Assembly (NCBI RefSeq): GCF_044704955.1
Contig: NW_027252691.1
Span: 124,001-188,000 of the forward strand
DNA length: 64,000 nt
From: Pristiophorus japonicus
Lineage: Eukaryota
Direction of reading: 5' to 3'
Each line of letters opens with the position of its first letter. Position 1 is the stretch's first letter. Both the position numbers and the translations under genes were made by a program. This document shows, piece by piece, positions 26,801 to 41,168 of the stretch. Below the pieces are notes generated by a model, which had not been told where the DNA came from, made no database searches, and saw only the letters and a program-made list of their open reading frames with translations.

Positions 26801-29033
26801 TAGACAGTCCCCCCGGAGCCAGAAATCACCCGCTAATCTTCATCATAGGCCGTCCCCGGAGCCAGGAATACCCCGCTCATCTTCATCATAGACAGTCCCC
26901 CCAGAGCCAGGAATCATCTGCGAATCTTCATCATAGGCCGTCCCCGGAGCCAGGAATACCCCGCTCATCTTCATCATAGACAGTCCCCCCAGAGCCAGGA
27001 ATCATCCGCGAATCTTCATCATAGGCAGTCCCCGGAGCCAGGAATCCCCCGCTAATCTTCATCATAGGCAGTCAACCCGGAGCCAGGAATCATCCGCTAA
27101 TCTTCATCATAGGCCGTCCCCGGAGCCAGGAATCCCCCGCTAATCTTCATCATAGGCAGTCCCCGGAGCCAGGAATCCCCCGCTAATCTTCATCATAGGC
27201 CTTCCCCCCGGAGCCAGGAATCCCCCGCTAATCTTCATCTTAGGCAGTCCTCCCGGAGCCAGGAATCCCCCGCTAATCCTCATCATAAGCAGTCCCCCCG
27301 GAGCCAGGAATCCCCCGCTAATCTTCATCATAGACAGTCACCCCGGAGCCAGAAATCACCCGCTAATCTTCATCATAGGCCGTCCCCGGAGCCAGGAATA
27401 CCCCGCTCATCTTCATCATAGACAGTCCCCCCAGAGCCAGGAATCATCTGCGAATCTTCATCATAGGCAGTCCCCGGAGCCAGGAATCCCCCGCTAATCT
27501 TCATCATAGGCAGTCAACCCGGAGCCAGGAATCATCCGCGAATCTTCATCATAGGCAGTCCCCCCGGAGTCAGGAAACCCCGCTAATCTTCATCATAGGC
27601 AGTCAACCCGGAGCCAGGAATCCCCCGCTAATCTTCATCATAGGCAGTCCCCCCGGAGCCAGGAATCCCTCGCTAATCTTCATCATAGGTCATCCCCCGG
27701 AGCCAGGAATCCCCCGCTAATCTTCATCACAGGCAGTCCCCCAGAGCCAGGATTCCCCCGCTAATCTTCATCACAGGCAGTCCCCCAGAGCCAGGATTCC
27801 CCCGCTAATCTTCATCATAGGCAGTCCCCCGTAGCCAGGATTCACCCGCTAATCTTCATCATAGTCCGTTCCCCGGAAACAGGAATCCCCCGCTAATCTT
27901 CATCACAGGCAGTCCCCCGTAGCCAGGATTCACCCGTTAATCTTCATCATAGGCAGTCCCCCGTAGCCAGGATTCACCCGTTAATCTTCATCATAGGCAG
28001 TCCAGCGGAGCCAGGAATCCCCCGGTAATCTTCATCACAGGCAGTCCCCCGTAGCCAGGATTCACCCGTTAATCTTCATCATAGGCAGTCCCCCCGGAGC
28101 CAGAACTCACCCGCTAATCTTCATCATCAGCAGTCACCCCGGAGCCAGGAATTCCCCGCTAATCTTCATCATAGGACATCCGCCTGGAGCCAGGAATCCC
28201 CCGCTAATCTTCATCATAGGCAGTCCCCACGGAGCCAGGAATCCCCCGCAAATCTTCATCATAGGCAGTCCCCCCGGAGCCAGGAATCCCTCGCTAATCT
28301 TCATCATAGGTCATCCCCCGGATCCAGGAATCCCCCGCTAATCTTCATCACAGGCAGTCCCCCAGAGCCAGGATTCCCCCGCTAATCTTCATCATAGTCC
28401 GTTCCCCGGAAACAGAACTCACCCGCTAATCTTCATCATAGGCCGTCCCACCGGAGCCAGGAATCCCCCGCTAATCCTCATCATAGGCCATCCCCCCGGA
28501 GCCAGGGATCCCCCGCTAATCTTCATCATAGGCAGTCCCCCGGAGCCAGGGATCCCCCGCTAATCTTCATCATAGGCAGTCCCCTGGAGCCAGGAATCTC
28601 CCACTAATCTTCATCTTCGACAGTCACCCCGGAGCCAGGAATCCTCCGCTAATCTTCATCATAGGCAGCCCCCAGAGCCAGAAATCCCCCGGTAATCTTC
28701 ATCATAGGCAGCCCCCGAAGACAGGAATCCCCCGCTAATCTTCATTATAGGCCATCCGCGGAGCCAGGAATCCCCCGCTGATCTTCATCATAGTCCGTTC
28801 CCCGGAGACAGGAATCCCCCGCTAATCTTCATCACAGGCAGTCCCCCAGAGCCAGGAATCCCCCGCTAATCTTCATCATAGTCCATCCACCGGAGCCAGG
28901 AATCTACCGCTAATCTTCATCATAGTCCATCCCCTGGAGCCAGCAATCCCCCGCTAATCTACATCATAAGCAGTCACCCCGGAGCCAGGAATTCCCCACT
29001 AATCTTCATCATAGGCAGTCCCCCCGGAGCCAG
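23801..29033. repeat. Higher-order tandem duplication, period 2611 bp (~59 monomers)
   Basis: ORF offsets 23999/26610 and 24529/27140 equal 2611. Shared private variants are GGAGTCAGG (~24955/27566) and CATCATCAGCAGTCACC (~25511/28122). Confidence 0.93.
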
Positions 29034-32000
29034 AACTCACCCGCTAATCTTCATCATAGGCAGTCCCCACGGAGCCAGGAATCCCCCGCAAATCTTCATC
29101 ATAGGCAGTCCCCCCGGAGCCAGGAATCCCCGGGTAATCTTCATCACAGGCAGTCCACCGGGGCCAAGAATCCCCCGCTAATCTTCATCATAATCCGTCC
29201 CCGGAGCCAGGAATCCCCCGCTAATCCTCATCATAGGCAGCCCCCGGAGACAGGAATTCCCCGCTAATCTTCATCATAGGCAGTCCCCGGAGACAGGAAT
29301 CCTCCGCTAATCTTCAGCATAGGCCATCCCCCGGAGCCAGCAATCCCCCGCTAATCTTCATCATAGGCAGTCCCCCGGAGCCAGAAATCACCCGCTAATC
29401 TTCGTCATAGGCCGTCCCCGGAGCCAGGAATCCCCCGCTAATCTTCATCATAGGCAGTCCCCCCGGAGCCAGAAATCCCCCGCTAATCTTCATCACAGGC
29501 AGTCCCCGGAGCCAGGAATCCCCCGCTAATCTTCATCATAGGCCTTCCCCCCGGAGCCAGGAATCCCCCGCTAATCTTCATCTTAGGCAGTCCTCCCGGA
29601 GCCAGGAATCCCCCGCTAATCCTCATCATAAGCAGTCCCCCCGGAGCCAGGAATCCCCCGCTAATCTTCATCATAGACAGTCCCCCCGGAGCCAGAAATC
29701 ACCCGCTAATCTTCATCATAGGCCGTCCCCGGAGCCAGGAATACCCCGCTCATCTTCATCATAGACAGTCCCCCCAGAGCCAGGAATCATCTGCGAATCT
29801 TCATCATAGGCAGTCCCCGGAGCCAGGAATCCCCCGCTAATCTTCATCATAGGCAGTCAACCCGGAGCCAGGAATCATCCGCGAATCTTCATCATAGGCA
29901 GTCCCCCCGGAGCCAGGAAACCCCGCTAATCTTCATCATAGGCAGTCAACCCGGAGCCAGGAATCCCCCGCTAATCTTCATCATAGGCAGTCCCCCCGGA
30001 GCCAGGAATCCCTCGCTAATCTTCATCATAGGTCATCCCCCGGAGCCAGGAATCCCCCGCTAATCTTCATCACAGGCAGTCCCCCAGAGCCAGGATTCCC
30101 CCGCTAATCTTCATCATAGGCAGTCCCCCGTAGCCAGGATTCACCCGCTAATCTTCATCATAGTCCGTTCCCCGGAAACAGGAATCCCCCGCTAATCTTC
30201 ATCACAGGCAGTCCCCCGTAGCCAGGATTCACCCGTTAATCTTCATCATAGGCAGTCCCCCGTAGCCAGGATTCACCCGTTAATCTTCATCATAGGCAGT
30301 CCAGCGGAGCCAGGAATCCCCCGCTAATCTTCATCTTAGGCAGTCCCCCCGGAGCCAGGAATCCCCCGGTAATCTTCATCACAGGCAGTCCCCCGTAGCC
30401 AGGATTCACCCGTTAATCTTCATCATAGGCAGTCCCCCCGGAGCCAGAACTCACCCGCTAATCTTCATCATAGGCCGTCCCCCCGGAGCCAGAACTCACC
30501 CACTAATCTTCATCATAGGCAGTCCCCCCGGAGCCAGAACTCACCCGCTAATCTTCATCATAGGCAGTCCCCCCGGAGCCAGAACTCACCCGCTAATCTT
30601 CATCATAGGCAGTCCCCCGGAGCCAGGGATCCTCCGCTAATCTTCATCATAGGCAGTCCCCCGGAGCCAGGGATCCCCCGCTAATCTTCATCATAGGCAG
30701 TCCCCCAGAGCCAGGAATCCCCCGCTAATCTTCATCATAGGCAGTCCCTCGGAGCCCTGAATCCCCCGCTCATCTTCATCATAGACAGTCACCCCAGAGC
30801 CAGGTATCCACCGCTAATCTTCATCATAGTCCGTTCCCCGGAGACAGGAAACCCCCGCTAATCTTCATCATAGTCCGTCCCCCGGAGCCAGGAATCCCCC
30901 GCTAATCTTCATCATAGGCAGTCCCCCAGAGCTAGGATTCCCCCGCTAATCTTCATCATAGGCAGTCCCCGGAGCCAGGAATCCCCCGCTAATCTTCATC
31001 ACAGGCAGTCCCCGGAGCCAGGAATCCCCCGCTAATCTTCATCATAGGCAGTCCCCGGAGCCAGGAATCCCCCGCTAATCTTCATCACAGGCAGTCCCCG
31101 GAGCCAGGAATCCCCCGCTAATCTTCATCATAGGCAGTCCCCGGAGCCAGGAATCCCCCGCTAATCTTCATCATAGGCCTTCCCCCCGGAGCCAGGAATC
31201 CCCCGCTAATCTTCATCTTAGGCAGTCCTCCCGGAGCCAGGAATCCCCCGCTAATCCTCATCATAAGCAGTCCCCCCGGAGCCAGGAATCCCCCGCTAAT
31301 CTTCATCATAGACAGTCCCCCCGGAGCCAGAAATCACCCGCTAATCTTCATCATAGGCCGTCCCCGGAGCCAGGAATACCCCGCTCATCTTCATCATAGA
31401 CAGTCCCCCCAGAGCCAGGAATCATCTGCGAATCTTCATCATAGGCAGTCCCCGGAGCCAGGAATCCCCCGCTAATCTTCATCATAGGCAGTCAACCCGG
31501 AGCCAGGAATCATCCGCGAATCTTCATCATAGGCAGTCCCCCCGGAGCCAGGAAACCCCGCTAATCTTCATCATAGGCAGTCAACCCGGAGCCAGGAATC
31601 CCCCGCTAATCTTCATCATAGGCAGTCCCCCCGGAGCCAGGAATCCCTCGCTAATCTTCATCATAGGTCATCCCCCGGAGCCAGGAATCCCCCGCTAATC
31701 TTCATCACAGGCAGTCCCCCAGAGCCAGGATTCCCCCGCTAATCTTCATCATAGGCAGTCCCCCGTAGCCAGGATTCACCCGCTAATCTTCATCATAGTC
31801 CGTTCCCCGGAAACAGGAATCCCCCGCTAATCTTCATCACAGGCAGTCCCCCGTAGCCAGGATTCACCCGTTAATCTTCATCATAGGCAGTCCCCCGTAG
31901 CCAGGATTCACCCGTTAATCTTCATCATAGGCAGTCCAGCGGAGCCAGGAATCCCCCGCTAATCTTCATCTTAGGCAGTCCCCCCGGAGCCAGGAATCCC

Positions 32001-35000
32001 CCGGTAATCTTCATCACAGGCAGTCCCCCGTAGCCAGGATTCACCCGTTAATCTTCATCATAGGCAGTCCCCCCGGAGCCAGAACTCACCCGCTAATCTT
32101 CATCATAGGCCGTCCCCCCGGAGCCAGAACTCACCCACTAATCTTCATCATAGGCAGTCCCCCCGGAGCCAGAACTCACCCGCTAATCTTCATCATAGGC
32201 AGTCCCCCCGGAGCCAGAACTCACCCGCTAATCTTCATCATAGGCAGTCCCCCGGAGCCAGGGATCCCCCGCTAATCTTCATCAAAGGCAGTCCCCCGGA
32301 GCCAGGGATCCCCCGCTAATCTTCATCATAGGCAGTCCCCCAGAGCCAGGAATCCCCCGCTAATCTTCATCATAGGCAGTCCCTCGGAGCCCTGAATCCC
32401 CCGCTCATCTTCATCATAGACAGTCACCCCAGAGCCAGGTATCCACCGCTAATCTTCATCATAGTCCGTTCCCCGGAGACAGGAAACCCCCGCTAATCTT
32501 CATCATAGTCCGTCCCCCGGAGCCAGGAATCCCCCGCTAATCTTCATCATAGGCAGTCCCCCAGAGCTAGGATTCCCCCGCTAATCCTCATCATAAGCAG
32601 TCCCCCCGGAGCCAGGAATCCCCCGCTAATCTTCATCATAGACAGTCCCCCCGGAGCCAGAAATCACCCGCTAATCTTCATCATAGGCCGTCCCCGGAGC
32701 CAGGAATACCCCGCTCATCTTCATCATAGACAGTCCCCCCAGAGCCAGGAATCATCCGCGAATCTTCATCATAGGCAGTCCCCGGAGCCATGAATCCCCC
32801 GCTAATCTTCATCATAGGCAGTCCCCCAGAGCCAGGAATCCCCCGCTAATCTTCATCATAGGCAGTCCCCCGGAGCCCTGAATCCCCCGCTCATCTTCAT
32901 CATAGACAGTCACCCCAGAGCCAGGTATCCACCGCTAATCTTCATCATAGTCCGTTCCCCGGAGACAGGAAACCCCCGCTAATCTTCATCATAGTCCGTC
33001 CCCCGGAGCCAGGAATCCCCCGCCAATCTTCATCATAGGCAGTCCCCCAGAGCTAGGATTCCCCCGCTAATCTTCATCATAGGCAGTCCCCGGAGCCAGG
33101 AATCCCCCGCTAATCTTCATCACAGGCAGTCCCCGGAGCCAGGAATCCCCCGCTAATCTTCATCATAGGCAGTCCCCGGAGCCAGGAATCCCCCGCTAAT
33201 CTTCATCATAGGCCTTCCCCCCGGAGCCAGGAATCCCCCGCTAATCTTCATCTTAGGCAGTCCTCCCGGAGCCAGGAATCCCCCGCTAATCTTCATCTTA
33301 GGCAGTCCTCCCGGAGCCAGGAATCCCCCGCTAATCCTCATCATAAGCAGTCCCCCCGGAGCCAGGAATCCCCCGCTAATCTTCATCATAGACAGTCCCC
33401 CCGGAGCCAGAAATCACCCGCTAATCTTCATCATAGGCCGTCCCCGGAGCCAGGAATACCCCGCTCATCTTCATCATAGACAGTCCCCCCAGAGCCAGGA
33501 ATCATCCGCGAATCTTCATCATAGGCAGTCCCCGGAGCCAGGAATCCCCCGCTAATCTTCATCATAGGCAGTCAACCCGGAGCCAGGAATCATCCGCGAA
33601 TCTTCATCATAGGCAGTCCCCCCGGAGCCAGGAAACCCCGCTAATCTTCATCATAGGCAGTCAACCCGGAGCCAGGAATCCCCTGCTAATCTTCATCATA
33701 GGCAGTCCCCCCGGAGCCAGGAATCCCTCGCTAATCTTCATCATAGGTCATCCCCCGGATCCAGGAATCCCCCGCTAATCTTCATCACAGGCAGTCCCCC
33801 AGAGCCAGGATTCCCCCGCTAATCTTCATCATAGTCCATCCCCCGTAGGCAGGATTCACCCGCTAATCTTCATCATAGTCCGTTCCCCGGAAACAGGAAT
33901 CCCCCGCTAAGCTTCATCATAGGCAGTCCCCCGTAGCCAGGATTCACCCGTTAATCTTCATCATAGGCAGTCCCCCGTAGCCAGGATTCACCCGTTAATC
34001 TTCATCTTAGGCAGTGCCCCCGGAGCCAGGAATCCCCCACTAATCTTCATCACAGGCAGTCCCCCGTAGCCAGGAATCCCCCGCTAATCTTCATCACAGG
34101 CAGTCCCCCGTAGCCAGGATTCACCCGTTAATCTTCATCACAGGCAGTCCCCCGTAGCCAGGATTCACCCGTTAATCTTCATCACAGGCAGTCCCCCGTA
34201 GCCAGGATTCACCCGTTAATCTTCATCATAGGCAGTCCAGCGGAGCCAGGAATCCCCCGCTAATCTTCATCATAGGCAGTCCCCCCGGAGCCAGGAATCC
34301 CTCGCTAATCTTCATCATAGGCAGTCCCACCGGAGCCAGAACTCACCCGCTAATCTTCATCATAGGCCGTCCCACCGGAGCCAGGAATCCCCCGCTAATC
34401 CTCATCATAGGCCATCCCCCCGGAGCCAGGGATCCCCCGCTAATCTTCATCATAGGCAGTCCCCCGGAGCCAGGGATCCCCCGCTAATCTTCATCATAGG
34501 CAGTCCCCTGGAGCCAGGGATCCCCCGCTAATCTTCATCATAGGCAGTCCCCGGAGCCAGGAATCTCCCACTAATCTTCAGCATAGGCAGTCCCCCCGGA
34601 GCCAGGAATCTCCCACTAATCTTCATCATAGGCAGTCCCTGGAGCCAGGAATCTCCCACTAATCTTCATCATCGACAGTCACCCCGGAGCCAGGAATCCT
34701 CCGCTAATCTTCATCATAGGCAGCCCCCAGAGCCAGAAATCCCCCGGTAATCTTCATCACAGGCAGTCCCCCAGAGCCAGGATTCCCCCGCTAATCTTCA
34801 TCATAGTCCGTTCCCCGGAAACAGAACTCACCCGCTAATCATCATCATAGGCCGTCCCACCGGAGCCAGGAATCCCCCGCTAATCCTCATCATAGGCCAT
34901 CCCCCCGGAGCCAGGGATCCCCCGCTAATCTTCATCATAGGCAGTCCCCCGGAGCCAGGGATCCCCCGCTAATCTTCATCATAGGCAGTCCCCTGGAGCC

Positions 35001-38000
35001 AGGAATCTCCCACTAATCTTCATCTTCGACAGTCACCCCGGAGCCAGGAATCCTCCGCTAATCTTCATCATAGGCAGCCCCCAGAGCCAGAAATCCCCCG
35101 GTAATCTTCATCATAGGCAGCCCCCGAAGACAGGAATCCCCCGCTAATCTTCATTATAGGCCATCCGCGGAGCCAGGAATCCCCCGCTGATCTTCATCAT
35201 AGTCCGTTCCCCGGAGACAGGAATCCCCCGCTAATCTTCATCACAGGCAGTCCCCCAGAGCCAGGAATCCCCCGCTAATCTTCATCATAGTCCATCCACC
35301 GGAGCCAGGAATCTACCGCTAATCTTCATCATAGTCCATCCCCTGGAGCCAGCAATCCCCCGCTAATCTACATCATAAGCAGTCACCCCGGAGCCAGGAA
35401 TTCCCCACTAATCTTCATCATAGGCAGTCCCCCCGGAGCCAGAACTCACCCGCTAATCTTCATCATAGGCAGTCCCCACGGAGCCAGGAATCCCCCGCAA
35501 ATCTTCATCATAGGCAGTCCCCCCGGAGCCAGGAATCCCCGGGTAATCTTCATCACAGGCAGTCCACCGGGGCCAAGAATCCCCCGCTAATCTTCATCAT
35601 AATCCGTCCCCGGAGCCAGGAATCCCCCGCTAATCCTCATCATAGGCAGCCCCCGGAGACAGGAATTCCCCGCTAATCTTCATCATAGGCAGTCCCCGGA
35701 GACAGGAATCCTCCGCTAATCTTCAGCATAGGCCATCCCCCGGAGCCAGCAATCCCCCGCTAATCTTCATCATAGGCAGTCCCCCGGAGCCAGAAATCAC
35801 CCGCTAATCTTCGTCATAGGCCGTCCCCGGAGCCAGGAATCCCCCGCTAATCTTCATCATAGGCAGTCCCCCCGGAGCCAGAAATCCCCCGCTAATCTTC
35901 ATCACAGGCAGTCCCCGGAGCCAGGAATCCCCCGCTAATCTTCATCATAGGCCTTCCCCCCGGAGCCAGGAATCCCCCGCTAATCTTCATCTTAGGCAGT
36001 CCTCCCGGAGCCAGGAATCCCCCGCTAATCTTCATCTTAGGCAGTCCTCCCGGAGCCAGGAATCCCCCGCTAATCTTCATCATAGACAGTCCCCCCGGAG
36101 CCAGAAATCACCCGCTAATCTTCATCATAGGCCGTCCCCGGAGCCAGGAATACCCCGCTCATCTTCATCATAGACAGTCCCCCCAGAGCCAGGAATCATC
36201 TGCGAATCTTCATCATAGGCAGTCCCCGGAGCCAGGAATCCCCCGCTAATCTTCATCATAGGCAGTCAACCCGGAGCCAGGAATCATCCGCGAATCTTCA
36301 TCATAGGCAGTCCCCCCGGAGCCAGGAAACCCCGCTAATCTTCATCATAGGCAGTCAACCCGGAGCCAGGAATCCCCCGCTAATCTTCATCATAGGCAGT
36401 CCCCCCGGAGCCAGGAATCCCTCGCTAATCTTCATCATAGGTCATCCCCCGGAGCCAGGAATCCCCCGCTAATCTTCATCACAGGCAGTCCCCCAGAGCC
36501 AGGATTCCCCCGCTAATCTTCATCATAGGCAGTCCCCCGTAGCCAGGATTCACCCGCTAATCTTCATCATAGTCCGTTCCCCGGAAACAGGAATCCCCCG
36601 CTAATCTTCATCACAGGCAGTCCCCCGTAGCCAGGATTCACCCGTTAATCTTCATCATAGGCAGTCCCCCGTAGCCAGGATTCACCCGTTAATCTTCATC
36701 ATAGGCAGTCCAGCGGAGCCAGGAATCCCCCGCTAATCTTCATCTTAGGCAGTCCCCCCGGAGCCAGGAATCCCCCGGTAATCTTCATCACAGGCAGTCC
36801 CCCGTAGCCAGGATTCACCCGTTAATCTTCATCATAGGCAGTCCCCCCGGAGCCAGAACTCACCCGCTAATCTTCATCATAGGCCGTCCCCCCGGAGCCA
36901 GAACTCACCCACTAATCTTCATCATAGGCAGTCCCCCCGGAGCCAGAACTCACCCGCTAATCTTCATCATAGGCAGTCCCCCCGGAGCCAGAACTCACCC
37001 GCTAATCTTCATCATAGGCAGTCCCCCGGAGCCAGGGATCCTCCGCTAATCTTCATCATAGGCAGTCCCCCGGAGCCAGGGATCCCCCGCTAATCTTCAT
37101 CATAGGCAGTCCCCCAGAGCCAGGAATCCCCCGCTAATCTTCATCATAGGCAGTCCCTCGGAGCCCTGAATCCCCCGCTCATCTTCATCATAGACAGTCA
37201 CCCCAGAGCCAGGTATCCACCGCTAATCTTCATCATAGTCCGTTCCCCGGAGACAGGAAACCCCCGCTAATCTTCATCATAGTCCGTCCCCCGGAGCCAG
37301 GAATCCCCCGCTAATCTTCATCATAGGCAGTCCCCCAGAGCTAGGATTCCCCCGCTAATCTTCATCATAGGCAGTCCCCGGAGCCAGGAATCCCCCGCTA
37401 ATCTTCATCACAGGCAGTCCCCGGAGCCAGGAATCCCCCGCTAATCTTCATCATAGGCAGTCCCCGGAGCCAGGAATCCCCCGCTAATCTTCATCACAGG
37501 CAGTCACCGGAGCCAGGAATCCCCCGCTAATCTTCATCATAGGCAGTCCCCGGAGCCAGGAATCCCCCGCTAATCTTCATCATAGGCCTTCCCCCCGGAG
37601 CCAGGAATCCCCCGCTAATCTTCATCTTAGGCAGTCCTCCCGGAGCCAGGAATCCCCCGCTAATCCTCATCATAAGCAGTCCCCCCGGAGCCAGGAATCC
37701 CCCGCTAATCTTCATCATAGACAGTCCCCCCGGAGCCAGAAATCACCCGCTAATCTTCATCATAGGCCGTCCCCGGAGCCAAGAATACCCCGCTCATCTT
37801 CATCATAGACAGTCCCCCCAGAGCCAGGAATCATCTGCGAATCTTCATCATAGGCAGTCCCCGGAGCCAGGAATCCCCCGCTAATCTTCATCATAGGCAG
37901 TCAACCCGGAGCCAGGAATCATCCGCGAATCTTCATCATAGGCAGTCCCCCCGGAGCCAGGAAACCCCGCTAATCTTCATCATAGGCAGTCAACCCGGAG

Positions 38001-41000
38001 CCAGGAATCCCCCGCTAATCTTCATCATAGGCAGTCCCCCCGGAGCCAGGAATCCCTCGCTAATCTTCATCATAGGTCATCCCCCGGAGCCAGGAATCCC
38101 CCGCTAATCTTCATCACAGGCAGTCCCCCAGAGCCAGGATTCCCCCGCTAATCTTCATCATAGGCAGTCCCCCGTAGCCAGGATTCACCCGCTAATCTTC
38201 ATCATAGTCCGTTCCCCGGAAACAGGAATCCCCCGCTAATCTTCATCACAGGCAGTCCCCCGTAGCCAGGATTCACCCGTTAATCTTCATCATAGGCAGT
38301 CCCCCGTAGCCAGGATTCACCCGTTAATCTTCATCATAGGCAGTCCAGCGGAGCCAGGAATCCCCCGCTAATCTTCATCTTAGGCAGTCCCCCCGGAGCC
38401 AGGAATCCCCCGGTAATCTTCATCACAGGCAGTCCCCCGTAGCCAGGATTCACCCGTTAATCTTCATCATAGGCAGTCCCCCCGGAGCCAGAACTCACCC
38501 GCTAATCTTCATCATAGGCCGTCCCCCCGGAGCCAGAACTCACCCACTAATCTTCATCATAGGCAGTCCCCCCGGAGCCAGAACTCACCCGCTAATCTTC
38601 ATCATAGGCAGTCCCCCCGGAGCCAGAACTCACCCGCTAATCTTCATCATAGGCAGTCCCCCGGAGCCAGGGATCCCCCGCTAATCTTCATCAAAGGCAG
38701 TCCCCCGGAGCCAGGGATCCCCCGCTAATCTTCATCATAGGCAGTCCCCCAGAGCCAGGAATCCCCCGCTAATCTTCATCATAGGCAGTCCCTCGGAGCC
38801 CTGAATCCCCCGCTCATCTTCATCATAGACAGTCACCCCAGAGCCAGGTATCCACCGCTAATCTTCATCATAGTCCGTTCCCCGGAGACAGGAAACCCCC
38901 GCTAATCTTCATCATAGTCCGTCCCCCGGAGCCAGGAATCCCCCGCTAATCTTCATCATAGGCAGTCCCCCAGAGCTAGGATTCCCCCGCTAATCCTCAT
39001 CATAAGCAGTCCCCCCGGAGCCAGGAATCCCCCGCTAATCTTCATCATAGACAGTCCCCCCGGAGCCAGAAATCACCCGCTAATCTTCATCATAGGCCGT
39101 CCCCGGAGCCAGGAATACCCCGCTCATCTTCATCATAGACAGTCCCCCCAGAGCCAGGAATCATCCGCGAATCTTCATCATAGGCAGTCCCCGGAGCCAT
39201 GAATCCCCCGCTAATCTTCATCATAGGCAGTCCCCCAGAGCCAGGAATCCCCCGCTAATCTTCATCATAGGCAGTCCCCCGGAGCCCTGAATCCCCCGCT
39301 CATCTTCATCATAGACAGTCACCCCAGAGCCAGGTATCCACCGCTAATCTTCATCATAGTCCGTTCCCCGGAGACAGGAAACCCCCGCTAATCTTCATCA
39401 TAGTCCGTCCCCCGGAGCCAGGAATCCCCCGCCAATCTTCATCATAGGCAGTCCCCCAGAGCTAGGATTCCCCCGCTAATCTTCATCATAGGCAGTCCCC
39501 GGAGCCAGGAATCCCCCGCTAATCTTCATCACAGGCAGTCCCCGGAGCCAGGAATCCCCCGCTAATCTTCATCATAGGCAGTCCCCGGAGCCAGGAATCC
39601 CCCGCTAATCTTCATCATAGGCCTTCCCCCCGGAGCCAGGAATCCCCCGCTAATCTTCATCTTAGGCAGTCCTCCCGGAGCCAGGAATCCCCCGCTAATC
39701 TTCATCTTAGGCAGTCCTCCCGGAGCCAGGAATCCCCCGCTAATCCTCATCATAAGCAGTCCCCCCGGAGCCAGGAATCCCCCGCTAATCTTCATCATAG
39801 ACAGTCCCCCCGGAGCCAGAAATCACCCGCTAATCTTCATCATAGGCCGTCCCCGGAGCCAGGAATACCCCGCTCATCTTCATCATAGACAGTCCCCCCA
39901 GAGCCAGGAATCATCCGCGAATCTTCATCATAGGCAGTCCCCGGAGCCAGGAATCCCCCGCTAATCTTCATCATAGGCAGTCAACCCGGAGCCAGGAATC
40001 ATCCGCGAATCTTCATCATAGGCAGTCCCCCCGGAGCCAGGAAACCCCGCTAATCTTCATCATAGGCAGTCAACCCGGAGCCAGGAATCCCCTGCTAATC
40101 TTCATCATAGGCAGTCCCCCCGGAGCCAGGAATCCCTCGCTAATCTTCATCATAGGTCATCCCCCGGATCCAGGAATCCCCCGCTAATCTTCATCACAGG
40201 CAGTCCCCCAGAGCCAGGATTCCCCCGCTAATCTTCATCATAGTCCATCCCCCGTAGGCAGGATTCACCCGCTAATCTTCATCATAGTCCGTTCCCCGGA
40301 AACAGGAATCCCCCGCTAAGCTTCATCATAGGCAGTCCCCCGTAGCCAGGATTCACCCGTTAATCTTCATCATAGGCAGTCCCCCGTAGCCAGGATTCAC
40401 CCGTTAATCTTCATCTTAGGCAGTGCCCCCGGAGCCAGGAATCCCCCACTAATCTTCATCACAGGCAGTCCCCCGTAGCCAGGAATCCCCCGCTAATCTT
40501 CATCACAGGCAGTCCCCCGTAGCCAGGATTCACCCGTTAATCTTCATCACAGGCAGTCCCCCGTAGCCAGGATTCACCCGTTAATCTTCATCACAGGCAG
40601 TCCCCCGTAGCCAGGATTCACCCGTTAATCTTCATCATAGGCAGTCCAGCGGAGCCAGGAATCCCCCGCTAATCTTCATCATAGGCAGTCCCCCCGGAGC
40701 CAGGAATCCCTCGCTAATCTTCATCATAGGCAGTCCCACCGGAGCCAGAACTCACCCGCTAATCTTCATCATAGGCCGTCCCACCGGAGCCAGGAATCCC
40801 CCGCTAATCCTCATCATAGGCCATCCCCCCGGAGCCAGGGATCCCCCGCTAATCTTCATCATAGGCAGTCCCCCGGAGCCAGGGATCCCCCGCTAATCTT
40901 CATCATAGGCAGTCCCCTGGAGCCAGGGATCCCCCGCTAATCTTCATCATAGGCAGTCCCCGGAGCCAGGAATCTCCCACTAATCTTCAGCATAGGCAGT

Positions 41001-41168
41001 CCCCCCGGAGCCAGGAATCTCCCACTAATCTTCATCATAGGCAGTCCCTGGAGCCAGGAATCTCCCACTAATCTTCATCATCGACAGTCACCCCGGAGCC
41101 AGGAATCCTCCGCTAATCTTCATCATAGGCAGCCCCCAGAGCCAGAAATCCCCCGGTAATCTTCATCA
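28339..41168. repeat. Higher-order tandem duplication, period 6409 bp (~145 monomers)
   Basis: ORF offsets 29483/35892, 31118/37527 and 33153/39562 equal 6409. Private variants recur: AAGCTT at 33909 and 40318, ATCAAAGG at ~32281/38690, GCCATGAAT at ~32787/39196. Confidence 0.95.
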
